Positions 10,129 to 19,144 of a stretch of 64,000 bases of DNA are shown in pieces. Source of the stretch: Flavobacteriaceae bacterium (GTDB lineage Bacteria > Bacteroidota > Bacteroidia > Flavobacteriales > Flavobacteriaceae). Position numbers and translations under genes: made by a program. Position 1 is the first letter of the stretch. Each line of letters starts with the position of its first letter. Under the pieces are notes generated by a model. It ran no database searches. It had not been told where the DNA came from and worked only from the letters and a program-made list of their open reading frames with translations. The stretch spans positions 34,912 through 98,911 of the forward strand of contig JAQWJV010000046.1 in the NCBI GenBank assembly GCA_029248185.1, read 5' to 3'.

Positions 10129-11184
10129 TTAAATCCGATAGGTTATGGCATTAATATTCATTCCTGCACCTACAGAAGCAAAAATTACAAGATCTCCTTT
10201 GTTAACTTCGTGACCTTGATATTTTTCCTTGCGGATCAGATCAAAGAGCGTTGGGATTGTAGCTACTGAACTGTTGCCGTATTCTTGGATATTCATGGGG
10301 AGAACATCTTTGGGAATCGGTTTTTTATACAATCTATAAAATCGTTTCACGATGGCATCGTCCATTTTAAGGTTTGCTTGATGAATGAATATTTTCTTTA
10401 CATCATCAATAGATTCACCTGAGGCCTCAAGACAAGCTTGAATGGCTAAAGGAACTTTACTAAGGGCAAATTCATAAACCCTTCGACCAAACATTTTGAT
10501 GTATTTTGTTCCTTCACCTTTATCATTTGCAGGTCCGTAGAAGATAAACTCGGCTTCTCCGTCAGAAGTATAGGTGACCGTTTTATGAGAGAGAATTCCA
10601 CCTACGTCCTCTGTTTCTTCAATGATGGTTGCACCGGCTCCATCAGCGTATATCATGGAGTCACGATCACTCTGGTCTAAAACACGTGAAAGGGTGTCAG
10701 CCCCAATAACCAAACATTTTTGAGCCATTCCGGCTTTGATAAATGCCTTGGCTTGGATGATCCCTTCTACCCAACCTGGGCAACCAAATAAAAGATCATA
10801 AGCTACACACTCTGGATTTGTAATTTTAAGCCCTGCTTTTAATTTCGAGGCTAAACTCGGAAGGGTATTTACTTGATTTGAGTTTAATGCAATATCTCCA
10901 ACATTGTGCGCAAAAATGATATAGTCTAATGTTTCCGGATCAATTGAAGCATTGTCAATAGCTTTGAGAGCCGCTTCAAGTGCAATATCAGAAACGGTTT
11001 GATCGTCTTTAATATATCTTCTTTGTTCAATACCTGTAATGGCTTGAAATTTTTCAATTATTTCTTCATTGGGATTTTCGATTTTTGTGCCAGTGGCATC
11101 AAAAAAGGAATTGGAAGAAAACTGTTCGTTTGGTTTAGTCCTTTCGGGAATGCTACTTCCAGTACCTGTGATTTTTATATTCAT
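10129..11184 (-). CDS. 3-oxoacyl-ACP synthase III family protein
   Basis: Thiolase-fold KAS III catalytic triad contexts GCPGW (Cys), IHQANLKM (His) and YGNSSVATIP (Asn). Confidence 0.8.
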   Translation of the reverse strand: MNIKITGTGSSIPERTKPNEQFSSNSFFDATGTKIENPNEEIIEKFQAITGIEQRRYIKDDQTVSDIALEAALKAIDNASIDPETLDYIIFAHNVGDIALNSNQVNTLPSLASKLKAGLKITNPECVAYDLLFGCPGWVEGIIQAKAFIKAGMAQKCLVIGADTLSRVLDQSDRDSMIYADGAGATIIEETEDVGGILSHKTVTYTSDGEAEFIFYGPANDKGEGTKYIKMFGRRVYEFALSKVPLAIQACLEASGESIDDVKKIFIHQANLKMDDAIVKRFYRLYKKPIPKDVLPMNIQEYGNSSVATIPTLFDLIRKEKYQGHEVNKGDLVIFASVGAGMNINAITYRI

Positions 11185-11307
11185 AATACAAAAACAAAGG
11201 TATTATTTTGAATAGCTAGACTCTTTGTTTTCACAAAAACGCTACGATGCCTAAGATGTATTTTAGATAAAAAAATTTATTATTATTATTTTTCAATAAA
11301 TTATAAA

Positions 11308-14151
11308 TCAGTTATTTGAATAGGATTCTATAGGAATACAACTACATACTAAATTACGATCTCCATAGGCTTCATCCACTCTTCTGACAGTTGGCCAAAA
11401 TTTATTTTCATGAACAAAATCTAGAGGGAATGCTGCTTTTTGTCTGCTGTAAGGCAGGTTCCATTCGTCAGCAGTAATCATTGCCAAGGTATGGGGTGCA
11501 TTTTTTAGTAAGAGGTGTTCTTTTTCTCCCCCTGCAATTTCCATCCTGATAGAAATCATTGCTTCGCAAAAGCGATCCATTTCGTGAATATTTTCACTTT
11601 CTGTAGGTTCAATCATCATGGTTCCTGGCACGGGAAAGGAAACCGTTGGAGCATGAAATCCATAGTCCATCAATCGTTTTGCAATATCGACAACTTCAAT
11701 GCCTACTTCTTTAAAGGACCTACAGTCAATAATGAGCTCATGAGCTGCTCTACCTTTAATACCTGTATATAAAATTTCGTAGGCTCCCTCAAGACGCTTT
11801 TGAATATAATTGGCGTTTAAAATAGCTATTTCTGTAGCTTTTTGTAATCCAGATCCACCCAACATTTTGATATAACCATAGGAAATAAGGCAGGCTAAAG
11901 CCGAACCAAACGGGGCGCCCGAGATAGCAGTGATGGCTTGATCTCCTCCCGTTTGAATGACAGGGTTTCCCGGTAAAAAAGGGGCTAAATGTTTTGCAAC
12001 ACAAATGGGTCCCACACCTGGGCCGCCCCCTCCGTGAGGAATCGCAAATGTTTTATGTAAATTTAAATGACAAACATCAGCACCAATTGCTGCTGGACTG
12101 GTTAAGCCTACTTGTGCATTCATATTTGCACCGTCCATATAGACTTGACCCCCGCAATCATGTATGAGTTGGGTGATGTCCTTTATCTTTGTTTCAAAGA
12201 CTCCGTGTGTACTGGGATAGGTGATCATTAAAGCAGAGAGATTTTCTTTGTGCAAGAGTGCTTTTTCTTGTAAATCGCTCCAATCTATATTTCCTTTTTC
12301 ATCGGTTGCCGTAACAACTACTGTCATTCCCGCCATTACTGCCGACGCCGGATTTGTACCGTGTGCAGATGCAGGAATGAGACAGATATTCCTATGGAAA
12401 TCTTTTTTTGCCTCGTGATAGGCACGTATCACCATTAAGCCAGAATATTCGCCTTGTGCTCCCGAGTTGGGTTGAAGCGAAGTTGCGTCAAAGCCCGTAA
12501 CTATATTGAGTTGTTCGGTGAGGTGTGAAAGCATTTTTTGATAGCCTGTCGCTTGATTGATCGGAACAAAAGGATGAATTCCCCCCCAATTAGGATCACT
12601 CAAAGGAAGCATTTCTGAGGCTGCATTGAGTTTCATGGTACAGGATCCCAGTGAAATCATGGAATGGTTTAATGCCAAATCTTTTCTCTCTAGTGACTTG
12701 ATGTATCGCATTAAAGCTGTTTCAGAGTGATATGAATTGAAAACAGCATGTGTTAAAAAAGAACTCTTTCTAATGTCCTCTTTTGGTAAATTAATTGAAG
12801 TTGTCTCCTTTGAACTTGAAACAGATTCTTTTTCAAGATAAGCACAAAAGACGCTTACAATTTGATTTACATCTTGAATAGAAGTAGTCTCATTGAGGGA
12901 AATACAAACGGTATTTTGATCAGGGTAATAAAAGTTAATTTCTTTTTGCTCGGCTATATTTTTTATTGCTTCTGCCTCAGTCTCAACGGATAGGGTATCA
13001 AAAAAGAATTCATTTTTTTGATTTAAACCTAAGGCTTCTAATTTTTGATTCAGTAGTGAAGCTTTTTGATGGATTCCATTAGCAATGTATTGAAGTCCTT
13101 TAGGTCCATGATACACGGCATACATTCCAGCCATGACTGCCAAAAGTACTTGAGCAGTACAAATATTGGATGTAGCACGATCGCGTTTAATGTGTTGCTC
13201 TCTGGTTTGCAATGCCATACGGAGTGCAGGATGTTCATCTAAATCACGTGTTTGACCAATGATCCGACCTGGAATATTTCTTTTGTAATGCTCTTTGGTT
13301 GCGAAATACGCGGCATGTGGCCCTCCATATCCAAGCGGAATTCCAAAGCGCTGTGTGGTTCCAACAACAACATCTGCTCCTTGATTTCCGGGTGCTTCGA
13401 GGAGAACTAAGCTCATGATGTCAGCAGCAACCACAGTGCAGATGTTGTACTTTTTAACATCTTGAATCCACTTCTTTAAATTTGGAATTGCACCTTGTTT
13501 GCCTGGATACTGGAAAATAGCACCAAAAAAATGTTCTCCAAAGATTTGATTTTCTGGATCTCCTATGATTAATTCAATTCCTAGAGGAGTTGCCCGTGTT
13601 TTTAATAGGGAGAGTGTTTGGGGTAAAACATTTTCATCCACAAAAAAATGAGAGGCTTTATTTTTTTTCTGTTCCCGTGAACGCGCTCCAAAGAGCATCG
13701 TCATTGCTTCAGAGGCTGCTGTACTTTCATCAAGTAGCGAAGCATTGGCCAGCTCCATTCCCGTTAGATCACAAATCAGGGTTTGAAAATTAAATAAAGC
13801 TTCTAATCTGCCTTGAGCGATCTCTGCTTGATAAGGCGTATATGCTGTATACCACCCGGGATTTTCCAATATATTGCGTTGAATAACAGCAGGGATGATG
13901 GCTGCATGATACCCCAGACCAATGTAGGTGTCATAGATCCTGTTTTCACGACCTAGCTTTTGAATTATTTTTGAAAAAGCATATTCACTGATTCCTTCAG
14001 GTAAATTTAGACCAGCATCCAGGCGGATTGCCTCTGGAATTGTTTCTTCAAGCAGTTGCTCAATGGATTCCAAACCTATTTTAGTAAGCATTTTCTGGAT
14101 CTCCTCTTCTTTTGGTCCTATATGTCTTTCAACAAAATTGTCCGTTCTCAT
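11308..14151 (-). CDS. gcvP: glycine dehydrogenase (aminomethyl-transferring), single-chain P protein
   Basis: 947 aa, with PLP-lysine context CHLNLHKTFAIPHGGGGPG. Confidence 0.95.
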   Translation of the reverse strand: MRTDNFVERHIGPKEEEIQKMLTKIGLESIEQLLEETIPEAIRLDAGLNLPEGISEYAFSKIIQKLGRENRIYDTYIGLGYHAAIIPAVIQRNILENPGWYTAYTPYQAEIAQGRLEALFNFQTLICDLTGMELANASLLDESTAASEAMTMLFGARSREQKKNKASHFFVDENVLPQTLSLLKTRATPLGIELIIGDPENQIFGEHFFGAIFQYPGKQGAIPNLKKWIQDVKKYNICTVVAADIMSLVLLEAPGNQGADVVVGTTQRFGIPLGYGGPHAAYFATKEHYKRNIPGRIIGQTRDLDEHPALRMALQTREQHIKRDRATSNICTAQVLLAVMAGMYAVYHGPKGLQYIANGIHQKASLLNQKLEALGLNQKNEFFFDTLSVETEAEAIKNIAEQKEINFYYPDQNTVCISLNETTSIQDVNQIVSVFCAYLEKESVSSSKETTSINLPKEDIRKSSFLTHAVFNSYHSETALMRYIKSLERKDLALNHSMISLGSCTMKLNAASEMLPLSDPNWGGIHPFVPINQATGYQKMLSHLTEQLNIVTGFDATSLQPNSGAQGEYSGLMVIRAYHEAKKDFHRNICLIPASAHGTNPASAVMAGMTVVVTATDEKGNIDWSDLQEKALLHKENLSALMITYPSTHGVFETKIKDITQLIHDCGGQVYMDGANMNAQVGLTSPAAIGADVCHLNLHKTFAIPHGGGGPGVGPICVAKHLAPFLPGNPVIQTGGDQAITAISGAPFGSALACLISYGYIKMLGGSGLQKATEIAILNANYIQKRLEGAYEILYTGIKGRAAHELIIDCRSFKEVGIEVVDIAKRLMDYGFHAPTVSFPVPGTMMIEPTESENIHEMDRFCEAMISIRMEIAGGEKEHLLLKNAPHTLAMITADEWNLPYSRQKAAFPLDFVHENKFWPTVRRVDEAYGDRNLVCSCIPIESYSNN

Positions 14152-14244
14152 ACATTCTAAATTTGAACAAAAATAGAATATCTGTTGGATATTTTTTTGT
14201 TCTTTTTCAGGATCTTATTTTTTTTTATAAAATAAAGGTCAACT

Positions 14245-14269
14245 CCTGTAAAGTTTCGATCTTTACAGG
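14245..14269 (+). repeat. perfect 9-bp inverted repeat (hairpin) abutting the start codon of the downstream membrane-protein ORF
   Basis: CCTGTAAAG (14245-14253), loop TTTCGAT, CTTTACAGG (14261-14269). The last G is the first base of the GTG at 14269. Confidence 0.5.
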
Positions 14270-15084
14270 TGTTGAAATTTTTCAAATTTTGTTTTGATTT
14301 TTATATTAAATCCAGTATTCATGTGGCTTTAGCTGTCACATGCTTAGGAAGTTTAACTGTGGGTTTATTGCCTGAAAGTAATACTCAAAAGTTGTTAATA
14401 TTTATTTTTTTCAGCACACTTTCTGCTTATAATTTCATCAAGTATTTCCCTCTTTTTTTTTCTGCCTCAAAAAGAAAAAATCCTTTTGGAATCCTTTTAC
14501 TTTCTTCTATCAGTGTCCTAGTTGCTTTTGTGTTATTTTTCACGCTTAATTTTGAAGCTAAAATTTTTGCAATTCTGGGAGGGGTCTTGGTGATTATTTA
14601 CACCATTCCCTTTTTTGGTGAAACTTCAAATTGGAGAAATAAAAAAGGGTGGAAAATTTATTTAGTAGCACTCAGCTGGGTGCTTTTAACTGTTGGAGCT
14701 CCTCTAGCTTCTACCACTGATTTTTCATTTTTCTTATTTTTAAAAGAGTCTCTCATTCCATTTATTTATGTGTGGGTAGCAACCCTTCCCTTTGAGATTA
14801 GAGATGTTTTCACCGATGATCTAAATTTGAGGACCATTCCTCAGCAATTAGGTATTCATAAGGCAAAAAAAATAGGCTTACTATTACTTGTCATGGGATT
14901 GTTTGCGTCTGTTTTCTTATACAATTTCATTGATGTAATTTCCATCTGTATAGCCTATGTTTTACTAGGGGTTTCTCTTTGTTATACTACCCCAATCAAG
15001 TCAAAATATTACACCAGCTTTTGGATTGAAGGAATTCCCATGGTTTGGTGGTTGAGTTTTTGCCTAATTTCTTATTTTTATTAA
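14269..15084 (+). CDS. polytopic membrane protein, weakly UbiA-prenyltransferase-like
   Basis: About 8 hydrophobic segments. One Asp-rich string, EIRDVFTDDLNLRTIPQQLG, resembles the second UbiA motif. No recognisable first NDxxDxxxD motif. Confidence 0.4.
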   Translation: MLKFFKFCFDFYIKSSIHVALAVTCLGSLTVGLLPESNTQKLLIFIFFSTLSAYNFIKYFPLFFSASKRKNPFGILLLSSISVLVAFVLFFTLNFEAKIFAILGGVLVIIYTIPFFGETSNWRNKKGWKIYLVALSWVLLTVGAPLASTTDFSFFLFLKESLIPFIYVWVATLPFEIRDVFTDDLNLRTIPQQLGIHKAKKIGLLLLVMGLFASVFLYNFIDVISICIAYVLLGVSLCYTTPIKSKYYTSFWIEGIPMVWWLSFCLISYFY

Positions 15085-15093
15085 AACTTTTCT

Positions 15094-15432
15094 ATGAAAA
15101 AATTCATTCTAATTTTATTTATTGCATGTGCTCCTAACCCCAATAGCGTTGAGGTTGTTGGCAAAGAAACCTATCTAGATCTCATGGAGAAGCAATTTCA
15201 AATAATTGATGTAAGAACACCAACAGAATATCAAGAAGGACATATTGACAATGCACTCAATGTTGATTTCAAAAGTGCTGATTTTATTAAAAACATTTCT
15301 AAGTTTGATAAAAATAAAACACTTTTAATTTATTGTCGCTCTGGAAATCGTAGTGGTAGAGCATCCAAAATAATGGATTCCCTTGGGTTTACTAAAATTT
15401 ATGATTTAGAGGGAGGGTTCATGAATTGGTAA
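15094..15432 (+). CDS. rhodanese-like sulfurtransferase domain protein
   Basis: Active-site loop CRSGNRSGR and an N-terminal signal, possibly lipoprotein-type (LFIAC). Confidence 0.85.
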   Translation: MKKFILILFIACAPNPNSVEVVGKETYLDLMEKQFQIIDVRTPTEYQEGHIDNALNVDFKSADFIKNISKFDKNKTLLIYCRSGNRSGRASKIMDSLGFTKIYDLEGGFMNW

Positions 15433-15433
15433 T

Positions 15434-17185
15434 TTACCGCTTTTCAAATCTTTTTTTTAATTGATCAATTTCCTTTTGCTGTTGAACAAGTGCATTTACT
15501 AATACAGGGATTAGTCCCACATAGTCGATGCTTTTAAGTTTTTCTTTATCGTTGAATGTTGTAACGAGTTCAGGGAAAACTTTTTCAATTTCATCAGCCA
15601 TAAACCCGAATCGTTTTTTTGATGGAATTGTTTTTAATTCATATTGATAGGTTTTTATTTTTCTGTCAGAAATAACTGTAAACCCGGGGCCTGTCCAGAT
15701 TCCGCTGACATGAGTAGTTCCATTTTTTAGCATGACCAATGCATTTGTTCTACTTGCCGTTGCACTTCCCGTTCCATTTCCAATTACAAAGAGTCGATCT
15801 AAAGGATTCCAATCTCTTGTCCCACCAAGGCTGGGGACCCGCGAGTTATAGCTTCCGATAACGGTTTCTGTTCTGCTGTTTGCCTCGGTGCCTTGACCAA
15901 AAGTAGTCGTATACCATGCTGTAGCTTTGGTGCTTATTCCAAAGGCACTAGCATTGTAGCCCGAGGCGATTGTATTTCTTCCCATAGCGACAGAGTAGGT
16001 GCCAAGATTTGATGAATCCCACTGATCACTTTGAGCAACGCCCGCTCTAAAGGCTCCAGAAGTTTTAGAAAACAAGAAGCGTTTATTGTCATTTGTAGTG
16101 GAGGGATCATTTTCCAAACGATCACTTCCAAACACAAAGTTTTCATTTATCCAATCTCCATCACGATTGGAAATGACTCCAGCATGCTTACTGAAAGGAC
16201 TTTTTTTAGTTTCCACCTGGATTACATTGGAGGCTGTTAATGAAAATACTAATGAACCACTAGTGGTCCAACGGACGGTATTTCCGTTACTTATTTCAAG
16301 GGCTAAGGTATGCGAATTGACTTGAGTTAAATTTAATAGCTGTTCATCAGTATTGTCTTTAAAGCTTGCTAAATCTATTGTTCCTCCTCTTTCTAACATT
16401 AGTGTAGAACTACTTAAAGAAATTCTTTGATTATCAGTATTGGTTTCTGGGAGAGTTAATTTTAGGGGCATTTGCCCATCATTTTCTAAGGAGAGAAAAA
16501 GTGTATTGCTAACCAATTGAAATTGATCTATTGTTTGTTCATCTGTATTTTGATTCAAATTAGATAAATTGACGCTTCCCCCACGCTCTAACATTAATGT
16601 AGAATTCACAAGGGAGAGTTGTTGCCTGTACGTGTTGATTGAAAGGAGGGGATTTAAATCAACCGATCCTCCGTTCTCTAAAAAGAGTTGGGTACCATTT
16701 AAATGAATTTGATGGGCATTATTTTTATTTAAAAGAGGAGATAAATCCACTGAGCCCCCTGCTTCAAGTTTTAGAATGCTTCCTTCAAGACTTATTTTTT
16801 GCTCGTCGGTATTATCTAAATAAAGGCCCAAATCAATCTTATTTTCAGGAGAAATTGAGAGTCTGTTATCAACCAGAGAAAGTTGTGGAAGTTGGGATGA
16901 AATGGGGATCCATTTTTGTTGTAGTGATGAATAAAATTCAAAAGTATCGAAATCGGTATTGAAGATCAGTAAACCATTGGGAATTTCGGTAAAGGAAATT
17001 TGATCTCGTTCCAAAGAGGACATTCGGGGAAGAAGAACACCTTGTTCTTTACTTTCGATTTCTAAAATAGCAGCAGGGTCTATAATTAAGGGGTTGTCAC
17101 CCATTTTAATTTGAGATAAAAGCGCAGTCGTATTAAAGATAAAAAGGATATAAAAAAACTTGATAGAGGAGTGAATATGTTTCAT
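15434..17185 (-). CDS. tail-fibre domain protein with C-terminal S74 intramolecular-chaperone domain
   Basis: Signal peptide, about seven 30-aa repeats, YadA-head-like S.A.G..T.A.G repeats (about 15836-16003) and a C-terminal S74-type block VISDRKIK...DYVGLIPVLVNALVQQQKEIDQLK (15434-15670). Confidence 0.75.
   Translation of the reverse strand: MKHIHSSIKFFYILFIFNTTALLSQIKMGDNPLIIDPAAILEIESKEQGVLLPRMSSLERDQISFTEIPNGLLIFNTDFDTFEFYSSLQQKWIPISSQLPQLSLVDNRLSISPENKIDLGLYLDNTDEQKISLEGSILKLEAGGSVDLSPLLNKNNAHQIHLNGTQLFLENGGSVDLNPLLSINTYRQQLSLVNSTLMLERGGSVNLSNLNQNTDEQTIDQFQLVSNTLFLSLENDGQMPLKLTLPETNTDNQRISLSSSTLMLERGGTIDLASFKDNTDEQLLNLTQVNSHTLALEISNGNTVRWTTSGSLVFSLTASNVIQVETKKSPFSKHAGVISNRDGDWINENFVFGSDRLENDPSTTNDNKRFLFSKTSGAFRAGVAQSDQWDSSNLGTYSVAMGRNTIASGYNASAFGISTKATAWYTTTFGQGTEANSRTETVIGSYNSRVPSLGGTRDWNPLDRLFVIGNGTGSATASRTNALVMLKNGTTHVSGIWTGPGFTVISDRKIKTYQYELKTIPSKKRFGFMADEIEKVFPELVTTFNDKEKLKSIDYVGLIPVLVNALVQQQKEIDQLKKRFEKR
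16268..16888 (-). repeat. about 7 tandem 29-34-aa coding repeats inside the tail-fibre gene
   Basis: Units such as KISLEGSILKLEAGGSVDLSPLLNKNNAH, QIHLNGTQLFLENGGSVDLNPLLSINTYRQ, QLSLVNSTLMLERGGSVNLSNLNQNTDEQ and RISLSSSTLMLERGGTIDLASFKDNTDEQ. Confidence 0.8.
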
Positions 17186-17200
17186 GGGGAATAGGTATTA

Positions 17201-18097
17201 TCATAAAACTGTGTTTGTTGGGTTTTGTTTTAGTTTGAACTGGAGATAAATGGAATGATTATTTCGTTTTAAGTCAGCGTTTACAGCCCATGGAAATTGA
17301 AATGCATAACCAAGACGGAGTATTCTTTTTGTATGCAATAAAAAGCCGATACCTATATTTTTTTCCGAATTCATTCCTAAGTATATTTCGCCAAAACGAG
17401 GAGTAAAACTTCCTTTGGCTTGAAAGACAAGTTTATTAATTCCTAAGTTGTGAAATTGAAGGCTGACTTTTAGTAAGTTACTGCTTCCCATTCTTTTTGA
17501 ATTCCATCCTATTTCACTAAAATAGTACAGTTTATTGGGTAGAAAAAGTTGAATGGAATGACGTCTCAAAAGACGAGGAAAAGACCCTTGAAAAAAGAAA
17601 TTGGCAGTATTCAGATGAAACCCTATTCCGACGTTTGGAATAAAGTATGTGTTTTTCTGAAGCAATGGATCAATTGCGACCCCATCTACCGATCGCAAAT
17701 AGTCAAAATTCAATTCATATAAGTCTCCACCCCCTTGAATTCCAAGGTGAAGTGTCAGTAATGAATTGAGCTGTATTGGATATGAAAATTGACTCAAAAA
17801 TTGAGTGTTGTTTTCTGCAAAACGACTTCGGTTCCGGATTAATCCACCTAAATTGATTTTGTTAATAGGGCTATAGGATTCAAAAAATAAGGTTTTCTGC
17901 TTTGGAGCATCTTTAATTCCTACCCATTGACTGTCAATAACAAGCCTTAAGTTGGCTTCTTTTTTGATCCCAATCAACGCAGGATTGATTCCTTGTGCTT
18001 GTTTTGGAAATAGAAAAAGAATAATTGGTTCTTAACCCAAGCTAGAAAATGAATATCCAATTAAAAAACCTAAAAAACAATACTTTTTGAAATCCAT
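17201..18097 (-). pseudogene. PorP/SprF-family T9SS membrane protein interrupted by an in-frame TAA
   Basis: ATG 18097 encodes the signal-like MDFKKYCFLGFLIGYSFSSLG, followed by TAA (18034-18032). The same frame continues ...KQAQGINPALIGIKKEANLRLVIDSQWVGIKDAPKQ, a PorP/SprF N-terminal signature. The ORF-track ORF (17201-17977, TTG start) has no signal peptide. Confidence 0.6.
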
Positions 18098-18099
18098 AA

Positions 18100-19092
18100 T
18101 CATTGTCTTTTAATGTATATCCAACCACTCTTTTCTATGGGGGGTGTGCCGTTCAGTTCAAGGGTGTAAAAGTAGCTTCCATCGGGTAAGGGTTTACCTG
18201 ATTGTGATGCGGTTCCGTCCCAATCATTATGATAGGCTCCAATATTTGAAAAAACTAAATCTTGTTGGAGATCATAAACTTTAATTTCACTAAAGAGAGT
18301 GAATGAGTATCCTTGAATTTTCCAAGTGTCATTTATAGCGTCATTATTTGGGGTAATTACTTGACTAACCAGTTTCTCTTCGCGGGTTTCATTTTTGTTG
18401 ATTAAATAAGTCAGTGCATTATACTTGTTTAATGCGATGGGTTCACTTCCAATACTTGATCCATATTCAAGACTGAGTGGAATTTCGGGTGTAAATGAGT
18501 TTGAAATTAGACTTGTTGCATATTGCTCCCAATTTTCAAGCAATAACAGGCCTAAATTCAATGCATTGATATCCTTCTTAAAATGGATCAAATTAGATAG
18601 TTTGTGCTCTGGCCACCAAAACGTTTGAATTTTTGCATAAGGATTTCCAGTAACTGACCAAGTCCAAAAATGAACTTGTGGAATTTGAAATTGCATTGAA
18701 TTATAAAAAAATATTCGATTCAAGGTTTGATTGTATTGAACTTGTACGTAATTTTTATTTCCAGTCATATAGAATGTGATCGGGCTAAAAGTGTCGAAAT
18801 CTCCTATAGGAAAAGTAAAGATGCCCTCGTGATAGACACTTACAATTCCGTCTATATATGATTTTTCATCAAGTTGAGTCCACTGGCTTTCTGAACCAAA
18901 AGAGACCACACCGGGAGGTTCTTGGCGATAAGTTTTTATTTTCCCTTGATTAAAATAAGTCTCTTTAAAAGCAATGTGAAATTCTTTATTTTGACCAACG
19001 TATATGTCACCAAAAAAGGAAACTTGACACCAGGAATGGGAGGTGTAAAAAAAGAGTATGATTCTTAGTATTGAGGATTTGATTTGGCGCAT
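18100..19092 (-). CDS. secreted protein with T9SS type-B (gliding-motility-associated) C-terminal sorting domain
   Basis: Signal peptide. C-terminal block VITPNNDAINDTWKIQG...DGSYFYTLEL...GWIYIKR (about 18100-18360) is typical of the type-B CTD. The N-terminal roughly 240 aa are unrecognised. Confidence 0.75.
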   Translation of the reverse strand: MRQIKSSILRIILFFYTSHSWCQVSFFGDIYVGQNKEFHIAFKETYFNQGKIKTYRQEPPGVVSFGSESQWTQLDEKSYIDGIVSVYHEGIFTFPIGDFDTFSPITFYMTGNKNYVQVQYNQTLNRIFFYNSMQFQIPQVHFWTWSVTGNPYAKIQTFWWPEHKLSNLIHFKKDINALNLGLLLLENWEQYATSLISNSFTPEIPLSLEYGSSIGSEPIALNKYNALTYLINKNETREEKLVSQVITPNNDAINDTWKIQGYSFTLFSEIKVYDLQQDLVFSNIGAYHNDWDGTASQSGKPLPDGSYFYTLELNGTPPIEKSGWIYIKRQ

Positions 19093-19144
19093 ACCTCTGA
19101 GATTAAGAAAATAATCAAAAAGGTAAAAAAAAAGATCTAAAATA

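Noticed and set aside
14152-14268. Possible glycine riboswitch upstream of gcvP
   Set aside because: I read the minus strand of the leader and found no GGAGAG...ACCGAAGG-type aptamer core, only A/T-rich sequence.
15434-17185. Tail-fibre gene as evidence of a prophage or phage remnant
   Set aside because: The flanking genes are dcp, purEK, a rhodanese gene and gcvP. Nowhere in the window is there an integrase, capsid, terminase, baseplate or att-like repeat.
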